A stretch of 64,000 nt of DNA from Oculina patagonica (Eukaryota): the NCBI RefSeq assembly GCF_052425735.1, contig NC_135758.1, positions 1,550,001 through 1,614,000 of the forward strand. Reading direction: 5' to 3'. Below are positions 48,470 to 61,000 of the stretch, one piece after another. The stretch's first letter is position 1; every line of letters starts with the position of its first letter. The position numbers and the translations under genes were made by a program. A model generated the notes under the pieces. The model worked only from the letters and a program-made list of their open reading frames with translations, was not told where the DNA came from and made no database searches.

Positions 48470-51400
48470 CTAGAATCTCCTTGTGTCTCTTCTTCTCCCT
48501 GATCTGAAGAAGCAAGAAAAAACAAATCTGTTGAAGACAGGAAACAATTCTTAAACCAATCATGGGCTGAATTATTATTAAAACACACAATTTTTTCAGA
48601 TTTTACATTTTACATTTTAAATTTTATTTTCACTCAGCCATTTCTGAGATTCCTTATACCTAGGTTTCAAAGCAAGTCCTGGTTCACAATTATCATAAGG
48701 AAATGAGTTTTACTTGCACATTTGTGCATTCAAATAAAAATATAATTTCAATATGGAATGTTGTGTACTTTAAAGAATAGGCTCGAGGGCGAAATGAGTG
48801 AGTCTTAAGTAAACATTCATAAGGGAATTCAACACTTGTTGTGTAAGACCTCAAACTGTTGAAGAACTTGTTACCTTGGTTACAAAGTCATAGCAGGGTT
48901 TTCAGTGTAAACGTAATCTAGAATTGCTTTTGGTTTTCTTTTCTTCACTCTATGATTTGTTTACAAAACTAGCACCACCTGTTCCACCAATTAGGCACAA
49001 AACCAAAATAAGGTGAGCCACGGCCACACATGCTTTCTTGTGCTGGATGCTGGTTACAAGTATTTACTTTGAGGTCTCATTGTTTCACTGAGTCTTATGC
49101 ATCTGTTATGGTCAGCCATTTTGACTCCTTTGGTTTCAAGATCATGACACGCACAAACTACACTAGCCTCCTACGCAGACGTTCTTTAGGCTCGTCATGC
49201 GTTTCTCCCTTTTGCACCCAAAGAACATCTGCATAGGAGGCTAAAACTACACATAATTTATCAATCAAAAGCTACATTCTCTCAATAAAATACGACAAAG
49301 GTTGGTGAAGAAAGAGCATTACCCAGCAGTTTTCTGTGGTCCTCTAACAAATGCCCAATCCACAGATATCTTTTGCTCCAGAAGGTCTGATCCATTTAAG
49401 GCTTCCATGGCTGCCTGTGCTTCCTTGAATGTTTCATATTCCACAAGTGCATAACCCTGGAATGAATGAATGATCACATGTCTGAGTAATGCTATTTTCT
49501 TACATAGAGAACAAGAAGTTTTTATGCTTTCAAAGCCTGCTTTCTTGACAAAATAACCAATTCAAACTTGTTATTTCTGCGTTTTCTTAAAAATATCCAT
49601 GCTGAATTGTAAAAAACTGCAGCCTCGCCCTTGTTCATAACAAGTGGATTTTTTTAATAGATGGAAAATAGAATCTCTAGTAGCAATCAAATGCATTGTT
49701 CTTCACTCGCACACAAGCAGTGCAGATCTTTGTTTATATTAGTAACAACTACAGAAAGAAAAATATGCACTGAAATTAATGTGACTGGAAATGATTAAAA
49801 TTAATGCAAGGTTAGTTAAGAATCTGAAGAATAGACATTGCCAGTCTGTTACATCATTTTGAGGATTTCATCCACAGATGGAAAATAAATTACATTTTCT
49901 TATTCAAGGCCTACAAAAGAACAACGTTAATGTTCTTATGAGATATCAAGAACAAGTTTACATAACATATGCACATGTAGGTAAAAGTTATTGTATCATA
50001 ACTTAAGTGTTTACCTTCAAGAAGCCTGTTCGCCTATCAAGGTTAGCATGAAGGTTTTTTATTTCACCGTACTCCGAAAACAGATCATGGATGTCATCTT
50101 CCTGAGCTTCTTCATGAACATTGGTAACAAACAGAATCCACCCTTCAACAGCTGAAATTACAACAATATCATTTGCAGAATTATTTCATTTTCCTGTCTA
50201 CAATACATTTTTTCAAAATTAGAGCTCTTTGTACATGTGGGTGCCTTCAAATTACACTTTACGCTGAAATTAACTCACAACTGCACATAATTGTGCGAAT
50301 GTTTTTGATGAATGTTTGTTTTGGTGCACAAGCCATGTGAAGGGGTATCAACACGATTTAAAAATGCATTAATAATTTTATATTTGATAAAAACACAGCT
50401 AAATTTTATGTCCAATTTTCTTGGCCAAAATAATCCAAAATCTAATTATCAGTGCAAGAATGAAAAGATCTACATCAGAGGCTTTTGAAGCCGTTCAATC
50501 CTGCTCATTTATTAAACAATACTGGTTGCAAGTATCAATGATTTCCAAACACCCCCCCAGATCAATGGCATTGAGTATTTGGTGGAAGCATCAGCCCCTC
50601 CTTAACAATTAGTAAAGCGCGAAACTTACAACGAGCAGGGCCTACTTCACTGCCTTCATCAGTATCCATTGATTCATATTGTTCTTGAGCACGAGAAGAT
50701 GAGTCACCTGAAAAATTCAAACATAAAAACAGTTACGAAATTCTGTACACACTTTTTAAGAGGTTATTTGACAGAAAGTTGAATAATATGGCTTGGTATT
50801 TTTTATTTTATTAAGCCTTTTAGCATGAAAAATTAAGGTTGATGAGCAAAAATGGATAGCTGTACATGTATTACACAACTATACACTGAATAAATTGCTT
50901 ATTAATCATGCTGGATACAGAAACAAGTCAAGATTTGCCCTCTGTTTTTCTGTGTTTTGGAAACCTTCTGTGAACGGACACAACAGATCTGGGTACAACC
51001 TGAAAAAAGGATGCACTGCAAGAAAATTTGAGATTTGGCATCATTTTGCAAGTAGAAGCCAAACACTAATATAGGTTTTATTTTTTACACAAGTATTTGT
51101 GCTCAATTTATGTGCGCGCATTGCATATACAAACTGTTGGTGTTAAGGGAACAAGGTCCACACAAAAAAATCACCAAAATATAAAGGGCATATTTTGTCT
51201 AACAGTTACAACATGAACCGCTTTTTATAAATAATCACCTATAGTTAGACAAGCTTACATGTAGGTTAGTTACAAGTAGTGTATTGTTATGAATGTAGGT
51301 TGTTTAGCCCCCAATCTGCTAGCCCCTAATCTAAAGTCTGTAAGCCCTCAGGAAAATGATTATCCTTTAATAATATAAGCCTTCTTTCGCCGTTTTTTCC

Positions 51401-52900
51401 ATTCGTGATATGACAGTCAAGTACACAAACTGAATAACTTACATTGAACGCAAACCAAAAGAAATCAACTTTAATATCAGCCTACCACATAGTGAAATTG
51501 AGGTAAATCAGTTAATCTACTTAAGGCAGATGTAAGTCAGCTAACTTTGTGTTAACTGTCATATTTATCCCAAGTTACCAATGAAGGATAATTAACTGAC
51601 TCAAAAGACAAATTTTACTTGGCAACTAATCATCTTACTGAGGGCTATTCGACTTTAGGCTGGGAATTTACAGATTGGGGGCTAATCGTCTTGGGGGCTA
51701 AACAACCGGATACCATTGTTATACATACATGTTTCTAGCAGGACGTAACAAGTCGATAAATTCGATAGTCGATAAAATTCGATCGGTGTCGATCGAATTC
51801 GATACTAATCAATCGACAGATATCGGAAATCGATAAAAGTCGATCACACAATTTCTTGTGATTATCGACTTTGATCGATTTAAATCAATTTTGATCGACT
51901 GCGATCGACAAGTATCGGAAATACAAAAAACTGTGGCAAGACTACAGTTGCCGCGCACATACTAATGAAGCAGGATTGGTTATGCCAAGACTTTATTTTA
52001 CCGTTTTAACACTGTAATTGGAAGCACGAATAAACCTGAAAAAACAAAAAGAAACTACCCTTTTCTTTATTAAACTTTATTGCTAAACGGACGGAATAAT
52101 ACACTTCCATATAAAATTTGTTCGAGCTATTACTGGTTTCGATAGTGCTCGATATTTGTCGATAATTGTCAATCGACAAGTTTAATTTGTCGATAAAAGT
52201 CGATAATCAGTTGAAAATCTTGTGATTATCGACTTTTATCGACAAATTAAACTTGTCGATTGACGATTATCGACAAATATCGAGCACTATCGACTTATCG
52301 ACTACGTTTCCGATGATCGACTTTGATCGACTTGTTACGTCCTGGTTTCTAGCTACACGTACAATGAACAGCGAAGTGTTGACACTTCAATTTCTTATGC
52401 TATTTTCGAGCACCTTGGACTAATTTTATCCCCTTTTTCCCCAAACAATGTTGGGTTTACTCTATGCATTTGAAATACAAGCAGCGGTTAAAAATCGTTA
52501 AGTGTTATTTTCTACAAAGTGTCTCAACTACTTTTGTCACTGATTGTAGGAATAATTTTACATGCATTCACTTTAAAAATCATAATAAAAACGACTTTTA
52601 TAAAGAAACATTAACATCCATCAACGTTTCCCCTGTTTGAAGCATGGAGAAAAGAAAAATTCAGTTACGAACTTATCAAAAAGTTTTAAATCTTACTGGC
52701 TTTGAATCCTCTGCCTTTCCGTTTCGTGACAGTGGACTTTAATCTCTGAATTCTCTCTGCAAAGTAACGCATATCATGACAAATTCAAGACGAGAATCAT
52801 GTATAATAACTGAGGTTTGTGTTTTAAAATTCCTACCATCTCCTTCATCCTCTGAAAATCCACCTTTGTCTTCCACATCGACATCAAGAACGTCCGCCAT
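48470..52900 (-). CDS. RBM8A: RNA-binding protein 8A (Y14, exon junction complex core), 168 aa, 6 coding exons
   Basis: Exons 52900-52837, 52756-52697, 50707-50630, 50151-50015, 49456-49323 and 48503-48470; all GT-AG and phase-compatible. Translation MADVLD...KRKGRGF...[72 protein letters not shown]...VDWAFV. AATAAA at ~48362-48367 on the - strand. Confidence 0.97.
49164..49243. mobile_element. 80-bp TIR mini-element with 9-bp TSD (RBM8A intron 5)
   Basis: TAGCCTCCTACGCAGACGTTCTTT / AAAGAACATCTGCATAGGAGGCTA with TSD AAACTACAC. Confidence 0.88.
51291..51714. mobile_element. TIR element with 8-bp TSD (RBM8A intron 2)
   Basis: GGTTGTTTAGCCCCCAA / TTGGGGGCTAAACAACC, flanked by ATTGTTAT on both sides. 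The left tip is degenerate. Confidence 0.7.
51739..52344. mobile_element. hAT-type MITE (RBM8A intron 2)
   Basis: TIR CAGGACGTAACAAGTCGAT with 8-bp TSD GTTTCTAG. Dense subterminal ATCGA/TCGAT repeats. Confidence 0.93.
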
Positions 52901-53211
52901 CTTGCTTTTTCACGCGTGGTGTTGGTGACAAAAGCGCATGCTCCATGTGTGCCACTCAAAGCTTTTGGGTATCGCGGGCTCGCTAGCAATCGACATAACT
53001 GGGGTGGACTGGGGCGAGCTAAGAAAAGAGGGCCAGGGGGAATGAGAGGAGTTTTCATTTGTTATCTTATTATTTTATAATTCTATCCCTTCTATATTTT
53101 TGCTCTTGCCTCACAAAATTATTTCACATCCAAAATGTAGGAAGACTTGGTACGTTACAGGCTAAAAAGATTCCAAATTTTGTTTTGTTGCATGCTGATT
53201 TTCATGGTTAA

Positions 53212-53553
53212 AGATGAATTCCAGTCCGTACTGCGCAATCTCGGCTGCAATGTTTATGTGAGCCCACACGAAGGGAATGTTTACAAGCAAAACTAAAAAT
53301 TCCGCGACAAACTTACCTTTTTCTTCATTATTAACGCCAGATATCCTTGCAGAACAAATAATAACGAGTAGAAGAACCTTGACGCTATTTCAAACCGACG
53401 TTTCAGCTCATCGGAAACTCTTGAACGAAACGAACCGTAATAGCGGACTAAAAAACGTCATGTATGCTGTCACCGAAGTGTAACGTTTCAACGAATTCAA
53501 AACAAAAACGAAAACAAACCCCGAGTCTGCGCAGTACGGACTGGTAATCAGCT
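53212..53553. mobile_element. Kolobok-like MITE upstream of RBM8A
   Basis: TTAA|AGATGAATTCCAGTCCGTACTGCGCA ... TGCGCAGTACGGACTGGTAATCAGCT|TTAA. Confidence 0.88.
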
Positions 53554-53640
53554 TTAAAATAGGAGATATAGGTATTTATTTTCATGGTCCAAATGAGTAC
53601 AGACAGCAAGTTGTCTAAGCCTTTCAGACAATGCCCATTT

Positions 53641-54073
53641 TATACCTGCCAACTTTTTCTGGGTCAAAGGTGTGAGATTTTTTTGCCTGAGCGTGCCAGG
53701 ATTTCCAAAGACGACACAAACGTGTCCGAAGATTTCCGAAGCCTTCCGAAGTATTCCGAAGACGTTCCGAAATTATCCTGGTTCCAGTCCCAGGACGTGT
53801 TTTGCTAAACACAACGTTGTTTCCAATGCATTTCTTGTCAAAAGTCTCAGATTTTCGGAAAAAAGTCATCGTCTTTTACTCATTTTACACAGAGTTTTCG
53901 TTTTTCGCATTGGTTTGAGTTGACATTTTTCTGGAAAGTGTGTCCGTTATTGTTGTAATAACTCACATTTTTCGACTGAGAAATTGGTTCGTAAGCGTGA
54001 GTTTGCGTGAGATCGAAGTTTTCAACTCGCAGGCGTGAGACTCGCGCCTAAAGCGTGAAAGTTGGCAGGTATA
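53641..54073. mobile_element. TIR element with 6-bp TSD
   Basis: TATACCTGCCAACTTT / AAAGTTGGCAGGTATA with CCATTT on both sides. Internal TCCGAA and GCGTGAG repeats. Confidence 0.85.
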
Positions 54074-54102
54074 CCATTTGGTCTGCTGAGTAGCTATCTT
54101 TT

Positions 54103-54457
54103 TGTGTTTCCAGAAAAATATCCATACTTCCCACATACAGTCAAATTCCGATAACTCAAACCTTCAAGGCAAATAAAAAAAGCCGGGTTTGAGTTATCGG
54201 GGGTTCAAGTTATCAAGGGCAAACTTAGTAAGAAAACAGCCTGGAGGCCTAAAAAGAAAAAGGTTCAAGTTAGCGGGAGGTTTGAGTTATTGTGGTTCGA
54301 GTTATCAGGATTCAACTAGGCTTTTTGGTTGACCTCCCCGCCCCAATGCAAACCCCATTTCAGCTTCATAATTAATATCCTTTAAAATCTTTTGCTTTAA
54401 AGACCCTTGGAATTTCCTTCTTCGGGGGTTTGGTATGGATATTTCAGGAACCACACA
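54103..54457. mobile_element. Degenerate MITE containing a nested mariner-type MITE (~54138-54318)
   Basis: Outer TGTGTTTCCAGAAAAATATCCATAC / GTATGGATATTTCAGGAACCACACA. Inner TA|CAGTCAAATTCCGATAACTC...GAGTTATCAGGATTCAACT with GAGTTAT repeats. Confidence 0.65.
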
Positions 54458-55332
54458 TTTGACAGAGAAAACTGCATAGTTTCCTCAAGTTATGAGAAAC
54501 ACTATCGTGGAAATCAGGTTCTTAGAAGGCTTCTGCCAGAAGATGTTTTACTGTATGAATTTAGAATGCAACAGCAGTTTATAAAGCATAATGGGTTAAC
54601 TCCCCAGTACACAACCTTAGTGACAGACATTGTTCGAAATTGTATTTGTTTAGTTCTCTCATCATGTCTCAACACTTGGTGATAAGAACTAAACTAGATT
54701 AAACATGGACTTGTGAAATGGATTTATTCCTACATGTATGTGGTTTACAGCAGTGTCTTTTAAATCTTCAGAGATCCACACAGACATTGGCGTAAGGTGA
54801 CAAAAAAGTTCAACCAGGCAAAAAAAGAGTGACAAGCGTTTACAATAACAGAGGAAGAGAAATTTTGTATTCCTTTTGCTTCCTCTCACAGCTTCATTGC
54901 ACCCATACTTTTTTGGTATCAACACCAATAAATCATTTACTGTGAGGCCTTCCAAGGTGGGTAGCCATGTCACAATGTCGCATGTTTCTGGGAACCGATG
55001 TCACCTAGCCAACAGCTGTAAATGTCGCTAAATGTTCCCGTTATTGTGTTACTATTGCACTGTGTTGCTGTTGCATTTCAATGCCATAATGATGTCGCTT
55101 GTCGCTGTAAAAATGTTCCTGTATCGCAGAATTCAGGGTCATATGGCTTGTCGCTTTTACACCTTGGAAGGCCTCATTTATCACCTAGGCTATTATTAAT
55201 ATTTTAGTTTTTATATAAAGAAAAAAACTCAAGCTGAATATTTACATATGGTGTAGTTCAATTTTACCAGTGGTACAATTTGGTATTTTCCTTTGTACTT
55301 TTGCATGGTAGTGCCTGTAGTACATGTGTACA

Positions 55333-55639
55333 AAAAAGGAAAAGGAGAAGCCATGAGCCAAGCAGCCCACACTGCCGGAGCTTATCCCGGTTTCCGTAGC
55401 ATTAAGCGGCTAGGAATATTTCTACTCCCCCCTGAATGGGATGCTAGTCCATTGCAGGGTTCCCCCCCCCCCCCCAGCATTATGTCGCCGGTACCCAATT
55501 ATACACCTGGGTGGAGAGAGGCACTATGAGAGTAAAGTGTCTTGCCCAATAACACAACACAAGTGACCCCGGCCGGGGCTCGAACTCGGACCGTTCGATC
55601 CAGAGTCCGGCGCCCTAACCATTAGGCCACCGCGCCTCC
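55333..55639 (-). mobile_element. tRNA-derived SINE, full length
   Basis: Minus-strand head GGAGGCGCGGTGGCCTAATGGTTAG (A box) ... GTTCGAGCCC (B box), a CORE-like TTGGGCAAGACACTT segment and a pyrimidine tail. 10-bp TSD CATGTGTACA. Confidence 0.9.
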
Positions 55640-55715
55640 CATGTGTACACTGTAAGGGTTAAGGGTAAAAAGGGCAAAATTAAACCACATCACAAACATA
55701 AGATATATAAACACA

Positions 55716-57272
55716 TCAGTTGTCGCTGTCTTCGTCATTATCATTTGATGTGTAAAGTGACTGATTTCTCCTCTTAAGTTTCATGACCTTGTTCTGGGGT
55801 TCTAAACCAGAGTTATCCTGGGCTACCCCTTCAGGTATCAAGCATTCAGGTTTTTTGCTGTCTGCTACAGAAGTATGATCTGCAGAAATCTCACTGTGGT
55901 CTGTGCTTTCAAGAAAAGTGTTCACTGGCTTCGGAAGTTCAAGGAGAGATCGGTTTTGACTTGGTTTGTTCATGCTATTAGCACCAATGTTGTTAGCTAC
56001 ATCTGAGTTGTCGAATATTGCTCCATCATTGTTGTCATCATCAATGTCAATTTCTTCTGGGTTTCCTTGAAGAGCATCACTGTCGTCAACATCACTCAGG
56101 TCAATTTCCTCAGGATTGGGGCATGCAGAAGCTGTCTTCTCTGAACAACAAGGGTTAGCAATTCCAAGCATGGAGCAAAACGTCTCTGTTTGCGGGTTCA
56201 TAACAGGAGGTACTTGTTTCATTTTTGTTTTTCTTGGTTCATTTGGATTGTATGGAGCTGTAGTAATCTGAAAATTCTCAGGAATTTTTGGTGGATTGCC
56301 AAACACTTTGACAATGTCTCCTATTACTCCATCATCTGGTCTAAACTTTGCCATTTGCTCTGGATTTGGAAGGACAGTGATCCTTGGTGTTAAATTGTTG
56401 AGTGGGTTCGTAAGCTTTGTTATGGCAAGCCATTCAAAATCATAAGTGAGCTCTAGAGGTGCGGTAGCTGGGCCCACATCAATCACTTGTAAAAACTGGC
56501 GTTTAGGGAGGCACTTATCCAAGGCAAGGAACTTTGTGAACTTGAGACCATCTTGGCATTCATGTGGTACCAGTGCTGGAAATTTAGCGTGCATGTGTGC
56601 CGCAAACCAGTACTTTGGCTTGAGCAAAGCCAGTAGCTCGCCAGCTGGAGGACTTCCGAGGGTGTTGCTCTCAATCTCTGGCCTGAGGAACTCCTTAAAC
56701 CTGTATAACTCCTGGAGGTTCCCATGGTGATAAACTCCACGGGGCCAGTCATGTGACATGAATATATCAATGGGCTGGGAGATAAGTTTCAGCATAAAAA
56801 CATCGAAACTTCTGACATGATACGCACTGCGAACTGTGGAATCATTGTATGGTGGCTTCTCAAAATGGCCTTTGTTGTAATCATGGCCTTTGTAAATGCC
56901 AGAGAGACCACCAATTCTAATTCCGCCAAAATTAACGACTCCAGAGTACCCAAGGTAGTAGATATTTGGGGCTACCCACCCCCCGTAAGGCAGTTCCCAT
57001 AGGTGATTTGTAGCTTCGTGATTGCCTCCAATAAAGACAGTTAACACAGGAGCCTTCTTTTCACCGGAGTAATACTTATAGAATGTTTCCATGTGCCGGT
57101 ATTTTGGGGGCACAGCCATACAGCAAAGATCAGCTTCATTACGAACGGCCTCGAAGTCGCCGCAACACAAAAGCAAATCAACTTTTACGTTCTCTTTCTT
57201 TTCCAGGTGTTCCAAAGTCTCGTAGATCTTGTCTAGTTCGCCATGACAACAGCCTTCAACAGCAATCTTCAT
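55716..57272 (-). CDS. DBR1: RNA lariat debranching enzyme, 518 aa, single coding exon
   Basis: [33 protein letters not shown] and FLALDKCLP metallophosphoesterase/DBR1 motifs; acidic NPEEID repeats; basic KLKRRN C-terminus. The ATG is at 57272; the ORF track starts earlier at a non-ATG codon. Confidence 0.97.
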   Translation of the reverse strand: MKIAVEGCCHGELDKIYETLEHLEKKENVKVDLLLCCGDFEAVRNEADLCCMAVPPKYRHMETFYKYYSGEKKAPVLTVFIGGNHEATNHLWELPYGGWVAPNIYYLGYSGVVNFGGIRIGGLSGIYKGHDYNKGHFEKPPYNDSTVRSAYHVRSFDVFMLKLISQPIDIFMSHDWPRGVYHHGNLQELYRFKEFLRPEIESNTLGSPPAGELLALLKPKYWFAAHMHAKFPALVPHECQDGLKFTKFLALDKCLPKRQFLQVIDVGPATAPLELTYDFEWLAITKLTNPLNNLTPRITVLPNPEQMAKFRPDDGVIGDIVKVFGNPPKIPENFQITTAPYNPNEPRKTKMKQVPPVMNPQTETFCSMLGIANPCCSEKTASACPNPEEIDLSDVDDSDALQGNPEEIDIDDDNNDGAIFDNSDVANNIGANSMNKPSQNRSLLELPKPVNTFLESTDHSEISADHTSVADSKKPECLIPEGVAQDNSGLEPQNKVMKLKRRNQSLYTSNDNDEDSDN

Positions 57273-57423
57273 AATGAATGATCTCTGAGGCAGAAATATA
57301 TGGTAAGAAAACTCCACTACATGCGGAACTTCGAGTCTTCGAGCTCAAACTGAGCCCGCAGTTATAATGTACGTCTGCCTTCAACATTTGCGCATGCTTC
57401 TCATGTTGTCAAGAAAATTCAAG
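57273..57423. promoter_or_regulatory. Bidirectional promoter DBR1/TIMM44
   Basis: 151 bp between divergent ATGs. TGCGCATGC (NRF1-like) at ~57389 and CAAGATGGCG (YY1-like) over the TIMM44 start. Confidence 0.75.
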
Positions 57424-57981
57424 ATGGCGCAGGTTGGTGACGAAATTTGCCGATTTTATGTCATGAAAATATTTCTTTCCTTCTAAAACCTGCATCAAAT
57501 TGTTGCTAGCCGTATTAAGCGTGCATCTCTTTGGTTGTCTTTTCTTTAATACAGATGCTACTCGGAAAATACGTGTGCCAAAGCTGTCGTAACTTTGCAC
57601 GTGTTGGTCTCCTCGACACACGTGCAAACCAATATTTCGTCGGCGCTTCGGTTCTACCAAGTAGACTGCGACAAGGGGAATACAATTCACAACAGGTACT
57701 GGTATCAATACACTATACTCATCCTTGTAGTTTGTCTAGCTACGTTGACAGTCCAGGTGACTCCTGACTACCCTGAGGTCAGCTGCACGATCACGCTGGA
57801 AAAACTACTATTGAACCCAAGTTATTGGGGATAGTTAGCCCATGTTCCATATTAAGGGTAGTTAAGGTTTTCATTACTTGGTAGTACTTCAATCATGCAA
57901 GTTGTCCAAACATTTAGTTATCATTTCAAATATATCAAGTTTCATTGTCATATCTTACCATGGGCTATAGCACCCCTCCCC

Positions 57982-58042
<61 letters not shown>

Positions 58043-61000
58043 GCCTCCTGTTGAGGAAGGTGTTTTCAGGTATTTCATTCTTACCCCTAAAGAAATCCAT
58101 TAAAAACGTTTAAAATCCACTGAAAATGCCTTAAACTACAATGAAATTCTTTGAAAATGAGTGAAGCCCTCAAGAATTGCATTAAAAAAGCATTTGCCCC
58201 TAAGAACTCCAATCATTGAGTTCGACGGGCCACCATCTTGGTTCCTGAATGCGAGCTAAAACTGGGTAGAGTGCAAAAACCCAGTGGGTATTGTTGCGGG
58301 GAGTTCATAGCATGGGGGTGCACCCCCCCTACCCATGAGCGTATTTTCACTCACGTTCAGGAACCAAGATGGCAGCCCACCGAACTCAATGATTCATTTC
58401 TACAACTTCACAGAAAATGGGGGACTGTGAACAGTTCACAAGCAAAACAGAGTGAAGCTAACCGCAAGCAAACTAGTGCTATTCCGTTTTTCTGTCATTC
58501 TGCTGAATAGACCAGATTCACCAGAACATTAGAACAAAGGAAAATACCAAATATCGCGAAGGGAACACATGCAACAAGCTGATTAATCAACCTTGATCCC
58601 AGGCTCTCTCTTCCTGTTCTTCCCTTGTCGCTGTGACAAAAAAACGTTTTTATTGCCTTTTTTTCAAGTTTATGTACAAATAATTTCTAATAAAACTATT
58701 CTCTGATTTTTATATATCACAGATCAGATGGTATGCTTACAGAAGACCAAATGAACAACCTGGCTTAATAGGAAGGTTTATAGAAAATATAAAGGAGGGC
58801 TTTGAAAGAAATAAAGAAATGCAGGTTTGTGAGAAGTATTTCTTGAAGTATTGTTATGCATCCTTCCATGGTATTTATACAAAGTTTAGTGACAATGAAA
58901 CCTAAAGTTTCATATTGATATCTGCTTTCACCTTTCAGGAAAATATCAAGAAATTTCAAGAAGAAGCAAAAAAATATGAGCAGTCAGAGACATTGTCAAC
59001 AAGAGTCAAGTTTGTAAACAAGATAAAGGTGAGCTTTGAGTAGGAGTGGGGATGAATAAAACAGTTGGCTCCGTTGTTAAATAAGTTATTGTATATTGGA
59101 TGTGTAATGGAACAGGCTGTTTACTTGTTGCATGATCTCAACCCAAGCAATCAGGCATCAGATTTATAAAGCTTTGCTACAGTTGTACATCAAGAGCTGA
59201 TCCCAGCAAAATGCAAGGCATCTGTCGCATACATACTAATTTGTATTAACTTAGAACATGGCGCAGTGTGCCCCAGGTTTACCTGTACATGTAGCTCAGT
59301 GGTTAGAGCAACCAACCAACATGCAGAAGGTCATGGGTTCAAATTCTGTCAGATACTTAGTTTCTTATTTGTCCGACAGTCATGACAACTAAATTTACAG
59401 TTATGTGCATCTTTCAAATCAATCAATCAATCAAATTTATTTACCCTCGGAGCTGACGAGGGCTGACTAGGCCCCTAAAAAATGTGCTAATATGCTGAGA
59501 AAATAAATCATAAATATATAAAGAAAGAAAAAATAATAAATCTTTCTCATAAATAGTTTTGTTGCAACGGGAATGCTTGATCATGGTGACTCAAGCAGTT
59601 ACAGTTTGGTGCAATGCTAAAGTGTTGATGTTATTTAGTTGTTTAAAAGTACTAAGCATACAAAGATAATATTTGTGTTGAAGACTGCTTGTCACTTGGT
59701 ACTGTCCATGTAAATGAAAAAAGGGAATCATTTGAAACTGACTGTGTGATGTTTTTTGTGTTAGGATACGGTATCATCTGCATCAATGAGGACTTCTGCT
59801 GTAGTCAAGAGCTTCTCAGGAGCATTTTCAACAAAAGTCTCAAAGGTATGTGAATTTTGTTGGATGTCTTCTACAAATATACAAGCAACATGAAAGAGTT
59901 ACAGCCCTGAAGATGGGAACTGTTATTGAATCAGTTAAACATCATTTTGATTAAGGTTTAACACCAATCCATTTTTGTCAAGTTAACAGCTGTACATGCG
60001 TGTACCCTGAAATAACCAAGACCAGACTGTTTATTTGTTTGTTGGCTTTTAAATAATTATGATTGTTTTTATCAGGCATATGAAGATGCAACAACAAGTG
60101 AGGCATTTAAAAAGGGCAAAGAGGTTACTGAAGAGGTATGAAGATTTTCATATGTAATGACACAAACCATAGAACTATTTTGGCCTTGTTTATTTTGGGT
60201 GGGCTATCATCAAATTGTACATGTAAATCATGGCATTATTACTGGTATTCATTTGATTTTTTTTTAAAAGTTAACACTTTACAGGAATCAATAGTAGTAA
60301 AAAGGCATGCAGTGGATCGACAAGGGATTATTTTTTTAGCTTGAACAGTGCTCCTTTTAATCTAACAATATTTAGTTCACTCCAGTTAGCATGAAAATAG
60401 TTGCAGATATAGCGGTCATCTGTTGGCTGAATACAGTTTAACAGCTATGTTTTTAAGTTCAGATTCTTCCTCAATTGAACCAAAATGTGTAACTTAAACA
60501 TCAAACTCAAAATTCTAATACAAACCCATAAAACTTATACATCCATGGATAACTGTAGAAACATACCCGGTAATATCTTGCATTTGAGTACTTACAGATG
60601 AACTTGACTTGTAGTTTGCAAAATCTGCTAAGGAGGCTGCAGCCAAGGTTCAGGAACAGAGTGAAATTATTGGAAAAACGGAAACTTTTAAGACTGTGTC
60701 TGCGGTTAGTATTCTTTGTATAGTTGTGTCAAAATAATATTCATAATCTGAGAAATGTACATGTATGTAGTGTTGTCATTGGAATTATCTAGAGAATTTT
60801 TCCTACTTAGCACAGGTTTGCAATCTATAGAAAATTTGAATCAATCTCCCAATCAGTCTTAATTTTATATACTTAACGTTACTTAAAATAATTTCACTCT
60901 TTCAGGAAGTCTTACCATAACATTGACCATTCCATACAATCATTTTTAGTGTTTTTTTCTTTTGTCTCAAAGTAACTCTGATAGTCGGAATAGATCATTC

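Noticed and set aside
57273-57317. 15-aa N-terminal extension of DBR1
   Set aside because: Non-ATG start; orthologs begin at M(K/R)IAVEGC.
59291-59350. tRNA gene
   Set aside because: A and B boxes are present, but acceptor and anticodon stems do not pair; it is a SINE remnant.
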